Shown here: piece by piece, positions 45,601 through 54,806 of the stretch
How the letters are laid out: every line of letters starts with the position of its first letter
How positions within the stretch are numbered: position 1 is the stretch's first letter
Virus record (IMG/VR): IMGVR_UViG_3300031758_000060
Origin: an uncultured virus (IMG/VR IMGVR_UViG_3300031758_000060)
Taxonomy: Duplodnaviria > Heunggongvirae > Uroviricota > Caudoviricetes
DNA length: 64,000 nucleotides
Direction: 5' to 3' (one strand)
The notes under the pieces: model-generated
Seen by the model: only the letters and a program-made list of their open reading frames with translations
What the model was told of the DNA's origin: nothing
Databases searched by the model: none
Program-made: the position numbers and the translations under genes

Positions 45601-48600
45601 AACGACAACACGATGTTGATCCTGGACGAGGCGCACAACGCAGGCGAGGCCGGCGATGGCCGGCACCCGTCACTGGGCGACGAGGTGCGCGCACTGATCG
45701 CCGCATCGGGCGGCGTCTTCTACTCGTCGGCCACCTTCGCCAAGAATCCGAAGGTAATGGACGTCTACAACAAGACAGACCTTGGCAAGGCGTTCACAAA
45801 CCCCGGCGCGTTGATCGACGCGATCAACAGCGTGCCAATGCAGCAGATCACCTCTGCCTTGCTTGTAGAGGCAGGACAGTACCTGCGGCGCGAGCGGTCG
45901 TTCGACGGTATCGAGTACAAGATTGACAACGTCGAGGTCAACAAGCAGGACGCCGAGGATGTCAGCGAGGCCATGCGCTTGATCGTGGCGTTTGACCGCG
46001 CCAAGCAAGGCGCCATCAAGGCACTGAAAGACGAACTCGATGCCGAAGGCGCAGCCGTCATGGACTTGGGAGGCGGCGGCTCTCAGGCTTCGGTTGACTC
46101 TGTGAACTTCACCTCGTTGATGCACAACGTCATCAACACGTTCTTGCTGGCGCTCAAAGCCGAGCAGGCGGCCAACGCAGCGATCCAGGCGATCCGCGCC
46201 GGGGAGAAGCCGGTCATCACGGTGGCCAACACGCTGGAAGCCTTCATCGGCGAGTACGCCCGAGCCGAGGGGCTTGGTATCGGCAGCAAGATCGACGCCT
46301 CGTTCGCCGACATCTTGACGCGCTACCTGGAGAAGACCCGCTACGTGCAGATTCAGCAGGGCGGCGGCGACAAGGTCAAGCATTACCTGACCGATCAGGA
46401 GCTTGGTGAGGACGGGGTGGACGCCTACACCGAGGCCCGCGACTTCATCGACGAACTGAAGCTGTCAGTACCGCTGTCGCCAATCGACCGCATCAAGCAG
46501 TTGATCGAGGCGGCTGGGCACAGCATCGGCGAGATTACTGGCCGGCAGGCGATCGTTGACGAAAACGGCGTGCTGCGCAAGCGGCCCAAGGCCGAGATGA
46601 ACACGGCCGGCAAGAAGAACACGATCGCCAAGTTCAACGGCGGCCAGCTTGACGCCCTCATCATCAACCGCTCCGGCTCGACCGGGCTGTCGATGCACGC
46701 CTCGGAGACCTTCGCCGACCAACGGCGGCGGGTGATGGTGATCGCCCAGGCCGAACTGGACATCAACAACCACATGCAGATGCTCGGCCGGATCAACCGG
46801 ACGGGGCAGGTAACAAAAGCGCCACCGCGGGAGCGCATCAGAAGTCTTGCATCCCACGCAAGAGCGTTGCAGCAGCGAGAAGCAAAGAAGGCCGCGCTGC
46901 AAGCGTCTGCTGGAAAGCTGAAAAAAGGCAGGGCCGCGGCTCGGCTTTCAATGTACGAGGAGAAGGTAAAGAACAACCCGATCTCTGTGTTTGCTGATGG
47001 CGATGGGCCAGCCACTTACGGCCTGCCGCGCTACGTGCAGATGACCGCCAACGTGCCGATCGAACTGCGGCCGGCAGCGGTGCTCACGAACAAGATGGCC
47101 AGCCTGAGCGCCAACACCACAGCCGGCCGGAAGTCTGCTGTCGAGGACAAGAGCGCGCCCGACTTCATGAACAAGTACGGCGATCGCGTGGCCGCCGAAC
47201 TGGTGGGAACTGACTCGGCTCTCAACGAGCGCCTGGGTTACCCGGTAGGGGTGGACGATGACGGCACGGTAAGCGTTGTGGGCGCCATGGCCCGCGTCAC
47301 CGGCCGCATCGGCCTGCTGCCGCTGAAGGAGCAGAGCGAACTCTACGACCAACTCAACGCGGCCTATGTCGAACTGCTGGCTCAGTTGGACGCCCTGGGT
47401 CAGAACGAACTGGAGGCCAAGACCTATCCGCTGGATGCGCAGACGCTGTCCACTCGTCAGGTCATCCCTGCCACGCCGGGGGTAAAGAGCCCGTTCACCG
47501 CGGCCGTCAATGCCGAACTCGTGGACGTGAAGAAGCTCGGCAAGCCCTGGCCTCGGTCTAGGGTTGAGGACATGGTGCGCGCCGTGTTGAGCGGCCAGGA
47601 TCCGCGAGCCATTCGCCGCAAGAGAATCGACAATTTGACCAGGGAGATCGAGGCCGAGAAGGCGGCCAACCTGGAGAGCGCCGGCACGGACGCCGACAAG
47701 GTGGCCATGGCCGAGCGCGACAACGCGGCCCTGGATCGGGCGCTGACTCGGTTCACGACCATGCTGCCAGCCATTGGCACGCCTGTGAAACTGGAGACTG
47801 ACAGCGGCAACCTCTACGGCATCGTCACCAACGTCGAGCGCAAGGGCAAGACCAAGTCGGCCGGCTCACTGAGCGCCTGGAAGATCAGGATCGCGGTGGT
47901 CGATGGCGCCCGCAGCATGACGTTCTCCATGACGCAGTTGGCCGCCACACCCGAAGAGCGTGCGCTGCGCCAGGACGGCGTCCAGATCAGCCCCGCCACC
48001 ACCATGCCGGTCATCTCAAAGGACGGCAAGGGTGTCGATCAGGTGCCGATCCTGGAAGGCTTCGATCGCGGGCAGACGGACGCCCGCGAAAAGCGGTGGA
48101 TGATTTCCGGCAACGTCCTGCGCGGGCACGTCCAGTTCAAGGGCCGCATCCTCAACTACACCGACAAGAGCGGCAACATCCTGCAAGGGATCATGATGCC
48201 GGCCGGGTACGACCTGGAAGCGGCACTGCGCCGGATCCGGTCGTCTCTGACAGACCCGAAGAAGATCGCCGAACTGCTCGACGCGGGCGGCGTCGTGGTG
48301 GACAAGGAGACGGGCGGCGACCGGGTCAAGCTCAAGCGCAGCGGCGGGGCCTACGTCATCGAGGTCAGCCGCTCCGGTGTGGGCAAGAAGATCTCCAAGG
48401 ATCTCGGCCCGTACTTCTCATCGGTCAGCAACAAGATGCGCGCCGAGTTGTGGAAGAGCGACCAGACCGACGCCTTCCTTGAGGCTGTGGGCGGCATCAT
48501 GAGCACGTTCAACGTGCCCCTGGTGGCCGATGAGGCGTCGGAGTCGATCCTGCGGGGGATGCAGGAGAGGCAGAGGCCGCCGAATCCGATGGACTTTGCG

Positions 48601-51600
48601 CGGCAGCCACCCATCCTCGATGTCACCGGCATCAAGGAGATGAAGGGGCGCCACCTTCAAGTCCAGGCCGCGGCTCGCCTGCTGGAACAGGGCAAGATCA
48701 CCCGCAGCCAGTACGACGCCTACGTTGACTTCTACAAGCCCATCGAGTTGATCGAGCCTGACAAGCTGCTCGCGCCCACGTCGGACGAGAAGATGCAGCA
48801 GACGGTGGACGCGGGCAAGCGTGACAAGGTCAACGTGCCGGTGGCCGATGGCACCAAGGTCGGTCTTCGCATGGATCTGCCGGCTCGTGATCGCGGCGGC
48901 TCTGTGGTCTCGATCCACGAAGGCAACGCCGGCAGGGCTTCGGCCGGCAGGATCATCAGCTTCCGCAGCACCGGATGGCTGAAGAACGTCACGTTCGAGA
49001 CGCGCAGTCAGACCAAGGGCCTGAAGATCGCCACAGGCGCGGCCAAGGAGCCGCTGCAGACGGTCGAGGGCACATGGTTCAACCTGTCGCCCGAGGATGC
49101 GTTCGCCAGGGCCAAGGCGCTGATGAGCGACCCAGCCTGGAAGCAGATCGGGTTTGACCCAACACGGCACGGCTACTTCTACGACAGGGCCACAAGGCAG
49201 CCTGTTGTGGCCGCTGACGAGGTCTACCAGATCGGTCAGTTCCTCATCGCCAAGAACGCCCAGTTCGCGCCTCGGGAGTCGTTCCTGTACGCGCCGCCGC
49301 CAGACATCCAATCCCCCTCCCTGGCCTTCAGCGAAACGCTGGAGTCGGTGCGGGCCGACGCGCTGCCCACGCTCACGAGCCTGGAGAAGAAGCGTGACGC
49401 GGGCAAGATCACCGAGTCCGAGTACCGCCTGGGCGTGCAGCAGTTGATCGGCCGGATGCAGCGGCGCAACGAAGAGCGCACCTACCGCAGGGTGGTCAGC
49501 GGGCGCAAGCGCGGCACCGACTGGATCATCGCCAAGATGCGCACCGGGGTCTCGCAGGGCACCGTGACGAAGGAGGCCGCGGACTTCGCACAGTGGCTGC
49601 TCGATCAGAACCCGCACATGGGCGATGGCCTGGGGATCAGCATCAAGAGCGCCGAGAAGGACCGCACGGCAGCCGGCCAGTACGACTACGTCAGCAAAGT
49701 ATTCACGCTGGTCACGGGCAGGATGAGCGACACCACAGCCGTTCACGAGGTCTTGCACCACGCCGAGCGGATGATGCCGATCGAGGTGCAGGACGGCGTG
49801 CTCAAGGAGTGGATCCGCGCTTGGGATGCAGCCTACAAGAACGGCACCCCAGAGATGCGCAAAGCCCTGAATGACATGCTGCACTCCGGGCTGTTCGGCG
49901 ACAAGGCGGCGGGCGATCGTCTGCGTGATGCCTATTCCCGCGGGGTGTGGAACTACGACGACCACTACCAGTTGTTCAGCCCTTCAGAGTTCTGGGCGGT
50001 CAACGCCACGCGCATCCTGTCGGGGCGGTATGCGGCCAAGGGCTCGTGGGTTAAGCGTGCGATCCAGTGGATGAGGGAGTTCATCCAACGGATCAAGGCT
50101 GTCTTCGGCCTGCGCTCCGACGCGCCGATCATCGAGGGCCTGAACGCCGTCATGGAGGGCAACGGCACGTTCCTGTCGCGGCAGATGTTGTCGGAGCAGG
50201 CGGTGCTGGAGGTTGCCGAGCGCACGCGCCGCGCCCCGCAACCCGCAGCGCCCACATTCAACGACATCCCGCGCAACATCACCAACGGCCTGCTGCAACA
50301 CTTTGGCCGCAACGACAAGCCCAAGTTCAAGACCTTCGGCCTGTACCACAAGACGCTCTCGACCCAGTTCAACAAGGCGCTGAAGGACCGGGAGTTCGGC
50401 AAGGTGTTCGCCTACGCCAACGCGATGCAGAACCAAGTGTCTCTGTCATCCCTGCGGCCGGCCGAGATGGCCCCAAACCTGCTGCCGCGAGTGGACGACA
50501 TCGTCTCTGCAGCGCGCACCCTGGCCAAGGGCCGGGTCGATGATGCCGACATGCAGGGCGCGGCCAATGCGCTGTTCGCCGGAACCCTGGACGGGAACTC
50601 GGTGCTGGAGGGCAAGACGTGGTCCGACGATGAGTTGCGCACCCGGTTCGACCTGAGCGACCGGGGCATCCGCTTCTACAACGAGGCGCGTGCAGCGATC
50701 GACGTCAGCCTGGACGAGATGGCGTCTGCAGAAGCGTACTCGCTGGCGCAGGGCTTCGTGTCCAAGGACGTGCGCCGGCAGATCATCGACGATCCGCAGA
50801 GCGCGCAGAGCATCATTGCGGCCCAACTGAACCGGTTGCTCAAGACCCTGGAGACGTCCATCGCCAGGGCCGAAGAACTCGGCGCCCTGGATCGCAAGGC
50901 CGACCTTGAAGCATCGCGTGACAGCTACCTGCAGACGCAGCGCCGGATCGAGACGGTGTTCAACCTGAGCCGTGCGCTCAAGAACGCCGGCTACGCTCCG
51001 CTGATGCGCTTCGGGCAGTACACGGTCCAGGTCGAGATCATCGACCCGGATTCGGGCAAGGTTGTGCGCGACGACGACGGCAGCCCCGCAACGCTGTCGT
51101 TCGAGCGTTTCGAGACTGAGGCTGAGGCCCAGGAGGCCTACGCCCGGGCCATGCTGATGTACGAAGGCCAGCCCGAGGTACGCATCCGCAAGGGCACCGA
51201 AAGCGAACTCAAGCACGAGATGTACGCCGGCATCTCGCCGGAGACGCTGGCGCTGTTTGCCGAGGCTGTTGGGGCCAAGGAGGTGATGCGGACTTACTAC
51301 CAGCAGGCGGTGTCGGAGCGGTCTGCGCTCAAGCGCCGGCTGCAGCGCAAGGGCGTGCCCGGGTACTCCAAGGACATGCCGCGGGTGCTGTCCAACTTCA
51401 TCACCAGCAACGGCCGGTACGCGGCGCAGCGGTACTACCTGCGCGACCTGACCAACGCAGTGAAGTACATCCCGGCCGAGAAGGGTGACGTCAAGGACGA
51501 GGCGATCAAGCTGCAGCAGTTCGTCATGAACCCCAACGACCCGGCCGCCCCGGTGTCGGCTGTGATGTTCGCTTGGTTCCTGGGCGGCTCGGTGGCGGCC

Positions 51601-53058
51601 ATGGTCGTCAACCTGTCGCAGCCGTTCATGGTCACGGCTCCGTACCTGACCAAGTTCGGTAGCACTGCTCAGGTCACCGAGTTCATGGGCAAGGCGATGC
51701 CCTACGCCATGGGGCGCAAGGAGATCAAGGACGACGGCCTGAAGCGGGCGCTCAAGCGCGCCAGCCAGGAGGGCATCGTTGACGCCCAGGAGATCTTCCA
51801 CCTCTACAGCCTGGGCGCGCAGAGCATCGCAGCCAAACTGGTGTCGGCGCTCGGTCGGATCCCTGGCAGCAGAGACAGGATCAAGGCCGGCAGTGAGAGC
51901 GCCAGGGCGCGGATCAACGCCTTCCTGACGCTGTGGGGTTCGATGTTCTCCATGGCCGAGCGGTTCAACCGCAAGATCACGTTCATCGCCGCCTACAACC
52001 TCGCCGAGGCCAACGGAGACGTCAGCCCCTACGCTTTCGCGGTGCGAGCGGTCAACGAGACCCAGGGCATCTACAACAAGGTCAACCGCCCGAACTGGGC
52101 CCGTGGCTCCATCGGCCGGGTGCTGCTGACGTTCAAGCAGTACCCGATCATGATCGTGGAGTTGGTCAACCGCATGTGGCGTTACGGCGGGCCGGAGGGC
52201 AAGCGGGCGGCGCTCATCATGCTGGCCGTGTTGGTTCTCATGTCGGGGCAGGAAGGTCTGCCGTTCGCGCAAGACCTGGACGACATCATCGACACGATCG
52301 GGCAGCAGATCTTCGGCCGCGACACCAACATGAAGCGGATCAAGCGCGAGGTGGCCTACGACATCCTGGGCAAGTCTCTGGGCGACTTGTTCCTGTACGG
52401 GATCTCATCCCACTTCTCGCTGGACTTCTCTGGCCGCTTCAGCCTGGGCAACCTCATCCCCGGCACGGCCATGTTCAAGAAGTCGAGCGCCGAGTCCACT
52501 GGGCGCGAGATCGCGGAAGCGGCTGGCCCCGCTGGCGGCCTCATCACCCAGGCCATGGACGCCTTCGAGGCTTGGAGTGCGGAGAACTACGGCAAGGCCG
52601 TGGAGAACCTGTCGCCCAAGGCGGTCAAGGATCTCATCGCGTCGGCGCAGATGGCCAAGACCGGCTACGCGGTGGACCGGGCAGGGCGCCGGGTGGTGGA
52701 CACCACGCTGGGCGACGCGGCCATCAAGGCGGTCGGATTCAACCCGACGGTGGTGGCCGAGGTCACTCGCAAGACCATGCCCGTGCAGCAGGACATCGCC
52801 CTGCAGCGCAACGTCGAAGCCTCGATCGTCGATCAGTGGGTGCGAGGCATCGTTCAAGGCGACGAGGCCATGATCCAGGCCGCCATCAAGCGGCGCGACG
52901 ACTGGAACACCAAGAACCCGAACACGCCGATCGTGATCGGCCCGCAGCAGATCAGGAGCAGGGTCAAGAATCGCAACCTGGACAAGGAGACCCGAATCAT
53001 CAAGGGCGCACCGAGGGAGATGCGCGGCCGGGTGGCATCAGATGTCGCGGGGGAGTAG
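42682..53058 (+). CDS. Giant DarB-like polyvalent ejection protein: amino-methyltransferase + strawberry-notch-like SF2 helicase + zincin-like HExxH + PLxRFG region
   Basis: VLEPTAGNG (43708), NPPF (43888), GDQTGIGKGR (44953), DEAH (45625), QMLGRINRTGQ, HEVLH (49744), PLMRFG (50998). Confidence 0.88.
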   Translation: MALNTKLAGSGCVQIVSRITPEDQDALLKRLDDLEAAGTGRKEAQVIAAQDALQAILDERKEFQRLLREQHPDLFANDLDAMFDDILAEETTKDKATGSRPLRTVRQSLGSAAKNTATGLTNAIDGLGELFGGNSPGRLGSGPTFDEETYAKAKPLFQAALSNFKDAAADIREAMRSIIRMVLDKFGAQAAENMKPYVVRFVKDVQDGTITLGTKAAATEGERVTLARSFMEVFEAGEGFKNIMAARAKAAEVLGRKIEAGTTDAKLVDEAVELAGVMYARSVIKAGGKATEIYGFLQQFQENQMPSLNVRDSVSLRNQAYSTPLPLAYVASKRAGITFQKTVLEPTAGNGALLMRALPSNTITNEINPDRAEALRAQGFTPTEMDAATAEFAPKSVDVVIMNPPFGARGEERWQIDGLDTREIDHAIALNALKAMKDDGSAVLIIGGPLARENGARKETYRGKSKREFFYNLYNSYNVVDHFTVSGDLYAKQGASFPVDFIVIKGRGKSNRGFPAAQLPELVDTWEALQEKLNEPKTELVPDGQGTAGSDQRGQGPSAGPGSVPVSPGGQGPDNGGQLGAVGTGATGGAAAGGGTGGSTVPGGLETGGQGDRGIQPGSGTGTAPAGDTRTDAADNRNQQPEGTTGAAGNQPDGVGAGTGQRTDRARVSEADTGKLQVKYTNFSGNKSVNTLVATNHLTAIERAFEALRARVGDIDEFVRNELKYTPEEFKKSFSAEQVEALALAIDNIKRGAGFIIGDQTGIGKGRVVAAMIRFARLNEKTPVFVTQMPDLYGDMMRDLKDIGMEGIRPLMTNNNASVPLDAEALAWFGEKQAIETQIAEVRDEMDVRAIQDLGNKLDGMSDADRKKEIAAEVKRSTNPEIISMKEQIIELRSEIPERRGQFLETPNIDRHENMLQQMVEQNSIGSFDVIFTTYNQMAPLDSGKARTDPVTGRRVQNPAKFGYRRNFLQHFVNDNTMLILDEAHNAGEAGDGRHPSLGDEVRALIAASGGVFYSSATFAKNPKVMDVYNKTDLGKAFTNPGALIDAINSVPMQQITSALLVEAGQYLRRERSFDGIEYKIDNVEVNKQDAEDVSEAMRLIVAFDRAKQGAIKALKDELDAEGAAVMDLGGGGSQASVDSVNFTSLMHNVINTFLLALKAEQAANAAIQAIRAGEKPVITVANTLEAFIGEYARAEGLGIGSKIDASFADILTRYLEKTRYVQIQQGGGDKVKHYLTDQELGEDGVDAYTEARDFIDELKLSVPLSPIDRIKQLIEAAGHSIGEITGRQAIVDENGVLRKRPKAEMNTAGKKNTIAKFNGGQLDALIINRSGSTGLSMHASETFADQRRRVMVIAQAELDINNHMQMLGRINRTGQVTKAPPRERIRSLASHARALQQREAKKAALQASAGKLKKGRAAARLSMYEEKVKNNPISVFADGDGPATYGLPRYVQMTANVPIELRPAAVLTNKMASLSANTTAGRKSAVEDKSAPDFMNKYGDRVAAELVGTDSALNERLGYPVGVDDDGTVSVVGAMARVTGRIGLLPLKEQSELYDQLNAAYVELLAQLDALGQNELEAKTYPLDAQTLSTRQVIPATPGVKSPFTAAVNAELVDVKKLGKPWPRSRVEDMVRAVLSGQDPRAIRRKRIDNLTREIEAEKAANLESAGTDADKVAMAERDNAALDRALTRFTTMLPAIGTPVKLETDSGNLYGIVTNVERKGKTKSAGSLSAWKIRIAVVDGARSMTFSMTQLAATPEERALRQDGVQISPATTMPVISKDGKGVDQVPILEGFDRGQTDAREKRWMISGNVLRGHVQFKGRILNYTDKSGNILQGIMMPAGYDLEAALRRIRSSLTDPKKIAELLDAGGVVVDKETGGDRVKLKRSGGAYVIEVSRSGVGKKISKDLGPYFSSVSNKMRAELWKSDQTDAFLEAVGGIMSTFNVPLVADEASESILRGMQERQRPPNPMDFARQPPILDVTGIKEMKGRHLQVQAAARLLEQGKITRSQYDAYVDFYKPIELIEPDKLLAPTSDEKMQQTVDAGKRDKVNVPVADGTKVGLRMDLPARDRGGSVVSIHEGNAGRASAGRIISFRSTGWLKNVTFETRSQTKGLKIATGAAKEPLQTVEGTWFNLSPEDAFARAKALMSDPAWKQIGFDPTRHGYFYDRATRQPVVAADEVYQIGQFLIAKNAQFAPRESFLYAPPPDIQSPSLAFSETLESVRADALPTLTSLEKKRDAGKITESEYRLGVQQLIGRMQRRNEERTYRRVVSGRKRGTDWIIAKMRTGVSQGTVTKEAADFAQWLLDQNPHMGDGLGISIKSAEKDRTAAGQYDYVSKVFTLVTGRMSDTTAVHEVLHHAERMMPIEVQDGVLKEWIRAWDAAYKNGTPEMRKALNDMLHSGLFGDKAAGDRLRDAYSRGVWNYDDHYQLFSPSEFWAVNATRILSGRYAAKGSWVKRAIQWMREFIQRIKAVFGLRSDAPIIEGLNAVMEGNGTFLSRQMLSEQAVLEVAERTRRAPQPAAPTFNDIPRNITNGLLQHFGRNDKPKFKTFGLYHKTLSTQFNKALKDREFGKVFAYANAMQNQVSLSSLRPAEMAPNLLPRVDDIVSAARTLAKGRVDDADMQGAANALFAGTLDGNSVLEGKTWSDDELRTRFDLSDRGIRFYNEARAAIDVSLDEMASAEAYSLAQGFVSKDVRRQIIDDPQSAQSIIAAQLNRLLKTLETSIARAEELGALDRKADLEASRDSYLQTQRRIETVFNLSRALKNAGYAPLMRFGQYTVQVEIIDPDSGKVVRDDDGSPATLSFERFETEAEAQEAYARAMLMYEGQPEVRIRKGTESELKHEMYAGISPETLALFAEAVGAKEVMRTYYQQAVSERSALKRRLQRKGVPGYSKDMPRVLSNFITSNGRYAAQRYYLRDLTNAVKYIPAEKGDVKDEAIKLQQFVMNPNDPAAPVSAVMFAWFLGGSVAAMVVNLSQPFMVTAPYLTKFGSTAQVTEFMGKAMPYAMGRKEIKDDGLKRALKRASQEGIVDAQEIFHLYSLGAQSIAAKLVSALGRIPGSRDRIKAGSESARARINAFLTLWGSMFSMAERFNRKITFIAAYNLAEANGDVSPYAFAVRAVNETQGIYNKVNRPNWARGSIGRVLLTFKQYPIMIVELVNRMWRYGGPEGKRAALIMLAVLVLMSGQEGLPFAQDLDDIIDTIGQQIFGRDTNMKRIKREVAYDILGKSLGDLFLYGISSHFSLDFSGRFSLGNLIPGTAMFKKSSAESTGREIAEAAGPAGGLITQAMDAFEAWSAENYGKAVENLSPKAVKDLIASAQMAKTGYAVDRAGRRVVDTTLGDAAIKAVGFNPTVVAEVTRKTMPVQQDIALQRNVEASIVDQWVRGIVQGDEAMIQAAIKRRDDWNTKNPNTPIVIGPQQIRSRVKNRNLDKETRIIKGAPREMRGRVASDVAGE
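44282..44686 (+). CDS. Nested +1-frame gene (134 aa) inside the MTase-helicase linker
   Basis: AGGAG 7 nt before ATG; genome-typical codons (CTG, GAG, ATC, AAC) in this frame; globular amphipathic sequence while the host frame is Gly/Thr low-complexity. Confidence 0.7.
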   Translation: MNPRLSWSPMGKELLGAISGVKGQVLDQDLYLSLLGDRVQIMADNSEPWELEQLEALLREAGLVDQPFPVDWKRAGKEIVEYSPEVALVLHQQGIPGRMPPTIETNSPRAQQALQETNLTEWVQALVSGRIERE

Positions 53059-53220
53059 GTGGTGCAGGGCGTCGTGAAGTGAGTCGTTGTGTCGCCGAAT
53101 GGCGACGTAATGCGTCAGCAAGTGCGCCTGTACGGCACGCATTGTGTTCAGTTCCTCGATGGCCGCTTCAACCTCGGGGTGAGTTGTCTCGTTCAGAACT
53201 TTCTCAAGCGCCTGTCCCAT
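53038..53220 (-). CDS. Small hypothetical protein
   Basis: AAGGAAG upstream; helical 60 aa; converges on the giant gene. Confidence 0.5.
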   Translation of the reverse strand: MGQALEKVLNETTHPEVEAAIEELNTMRAVQAHLLTHYVAIRRHNDSLHDALHHLLPRDI

Positions 53221-53270
53221 GACTCTTCCTTTGATTCCAGTCCGTCCAGGATCACGAAGCGTGCCAGAAA

Positions 53271-53510
53271 CGTGGGTCACAGGAGGGCGGGGCACGCTGT
53301 CGATTCAAGGGCTTGCGACGTCCTATCGGTGTCCACCGTGACCCACTGGACAAACCGCAAGATCCTGAAACGATGGGCCGTTCTGTCCAGCAGAGTGTCA
53401 GGCTACGAACCAGGGGGTCGTGGGTTCAAATCCTGCCGGGCGCGCCACTATTCAAGGACTTGCGGGCCTCCACAAGGGGCCCGTGGGTCACAGGCCTGGG
53501 AATGGGTCAC
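53271..53510. mobile_element. attP: attP region with arm-type repeats and IHF-like sites
   Basis: TGGGTCAC repeats at 53273, 53338 (inverted), 53484 and 53503; ATTCAAGGRCTTGCG on both sides of the core. Confidence 0.75.
53401..53447 (+). tRNA. 3' half of tRNA-Arg(ACG) as att core (not a complete tRNA)
   Basis: Anticodon loop CTACGAA, T arm GTGGG-TTCAAAT-CCTGC, 3' end CGGGCGCGCCA; no matching 5' acceptor strand upstream. Confidence 0.85.
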
Positions 53511-54622
53511 ACGCGCTCTGCTTTGCGCCTGTAGACCCGCTGCGTGGTGCTCTGGTCGGCGTGCTGCAGCAGCGCCCTGGCGCGCTCCAGGCTCTCCGCG
53601 TCAGACCCAACCTTGGCCCGCAGGTCGTGCTCGGTGAATCGCTCGCGCACGGAGGTCTCGCGCAGCACACGGTCCATGAACCGCTGCCACATCGAATCCC
53701 AGCCGTGGCTCTGCCCCGTCTTCTCGTCGATGTAGCCCTCGCCGCGGCCGTTGCAGAACAAGAACGGTGACAGGCACGGGCGAGCCTTGACGGCCTGCTC
53801 CACGGCATCTCTGCGCTCGGGCACCATCTCGTAGGTGTAGATGGTGGCCTTGCCGGTGGTGGCCTGGGTCTTGTGGCGCGTGACGTGGATGCCATCGTCG
53901 CGCAGATGCTCCCCGGCGCGCAGCCGCAGCAGGTCAGACCTGGCCATCCCCGTCAGCAGCTTCAGCCGGATGTAGGCCTGGATCATGAGGACCGAGCCCT
54001 TCTTGCGGCGCGAGTCCAGCGACAGGCACTCCAGCACCTCCCAGTCTTCGACGTAGCGCGTGCGCGGGCGCAGGGCCAGATCGCCGTCCAGGCGCACTTG
54101 ATCGCGGAACGGGTGGCGGTCGATCTCGCCCCACTGCACGGCCTTGGTGAAGGCGTGCGACAGCACCTCGATCTCCCGGTGAGCGGCGGTGAGCGCCGGC
54201 ACCTCGACCTCGACGCCGTCGCGCATGACCTTCTTCTTGCGGCGCGAGACGTAGCCGTAGACGTGGGCCGGCTTGACTGCGGCCAGGGGCATCTTGCCGA
54301 ACACGGCTCGCAGCAGCCGGATGTAGCGCAACTCGTTGGCCTGGGTCTTGGGCGGCTTGGCCGGTGTCACCTCCAGGCTGTAGCGGTCCAGGAGGTCGTC
54401 AACGGTGCGCAGGCTCTCCACGGCCCCTATGCGGGCCGCGTAGGCCGCGTGGGCCTCGTGTAGGGCCTTGCCCAGCCAAAAGCGTTTCTTGCCGTCCCAG
54501 GCCCCTTCCAGGCCCGGGGGCACCCGGTAGTAGTAGGCGCCGTTGTGCCACTGCCAGCGGGCCGGCAGGCCCTTGTTCTCCGGCCGGCGTTGCCTACGTG
54601 AGCGCAGACCAGTCTGGCTCAT
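53507..54622 (-). CDS. int: Tyrosine integrase
   Basis: N-terminal arm-binding region (GAYYYR), HKT, FTEHDLRAK, LLQHAD..TT.RVYRR; adjacent to attP. Confidence 0.9.
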   Translation of the reverse strand: MSQTGLRSRRQRRPENKGLPARWQWHNGAYYYRVPPGLEGAWDGKKRFWLGKALHEAHAAYAARIGAVESLRTVDDLLDRYSLEVTPAKPPKTQANELRYIRLLRAVFGKMPLAAVKPAHVYGYVSRRKKKVMRDGVEVEVPALTAAHREIEVLSHAFTKAVQWGEIDRHPFRDQVRLDGDLALRPRTRYVEDWEVLECLSLDSRRKKGSVLMIQAYIRLKLLTGMARSDLLRLRAGEHLRDDGIHVTRHKTQATTGKATIYTYEMVPERRDAVEQAVKARPCLSPFLFCNGRGEGYIDEKTGQSHGWDSMWQRFMDRVLRETSVRERFTEHDLRAKVGSDAESLERARALLQHADQSTTQRVYRRKAERV

Positions 54623-54806
54623 GCGTCGTCCCCTGTCGTTGTGGTGTCACGCCCAGGACATTCTGAACGTGCTCGCGCAGAACGGCAATGCTGCCGTCAG
54701 GACGGACGCGGTGCTCGATGCCCATCCACTTGAGGGCGCGAAGCTGGGCCGGCCTGCGCTGCCGGCCGGTGAGTTGCTGGATCTCCTGCTCTGTCAGGAT
54801 CAGCAT
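54594..54806 (-). CDS. Excisionase-like protein (DUF4224 type)
   Basis: LTEQEIQQLTG....AQ.RAL..MGIEH..RPDGS; overlaps the int start. Confidence 0.8.
   Translation of the reverse strand: MLILTEQEIQQLTGRQRRPAQLRALKWMGIEHRVRPDGSIAVLREHVQNVLGVTPQRQGTTHEPDWSALT

Noticed and set aside
2065..52857. Many long antisense ORFs (e.g. 3064..4497, 12583..14205, 17299..18726, 42508..44415, 48418..49965, 50446..52272)
   Set aside because: They mirror well-supported sense genes; high GC3 suppresses antisense stops; no RBS or recognisable motifs
42682..53058. Intein in the giant helicase
   Set aside because: No C/S...HN-C/S/T splice junctions or LAGLIDADG blocks recognised
53371..53447. Complete phage-encoded tRNA-Arg
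   Set aside because: No 5' acceptor strand complementary to CGGGCGC and no proper D arm; better explained as the att core
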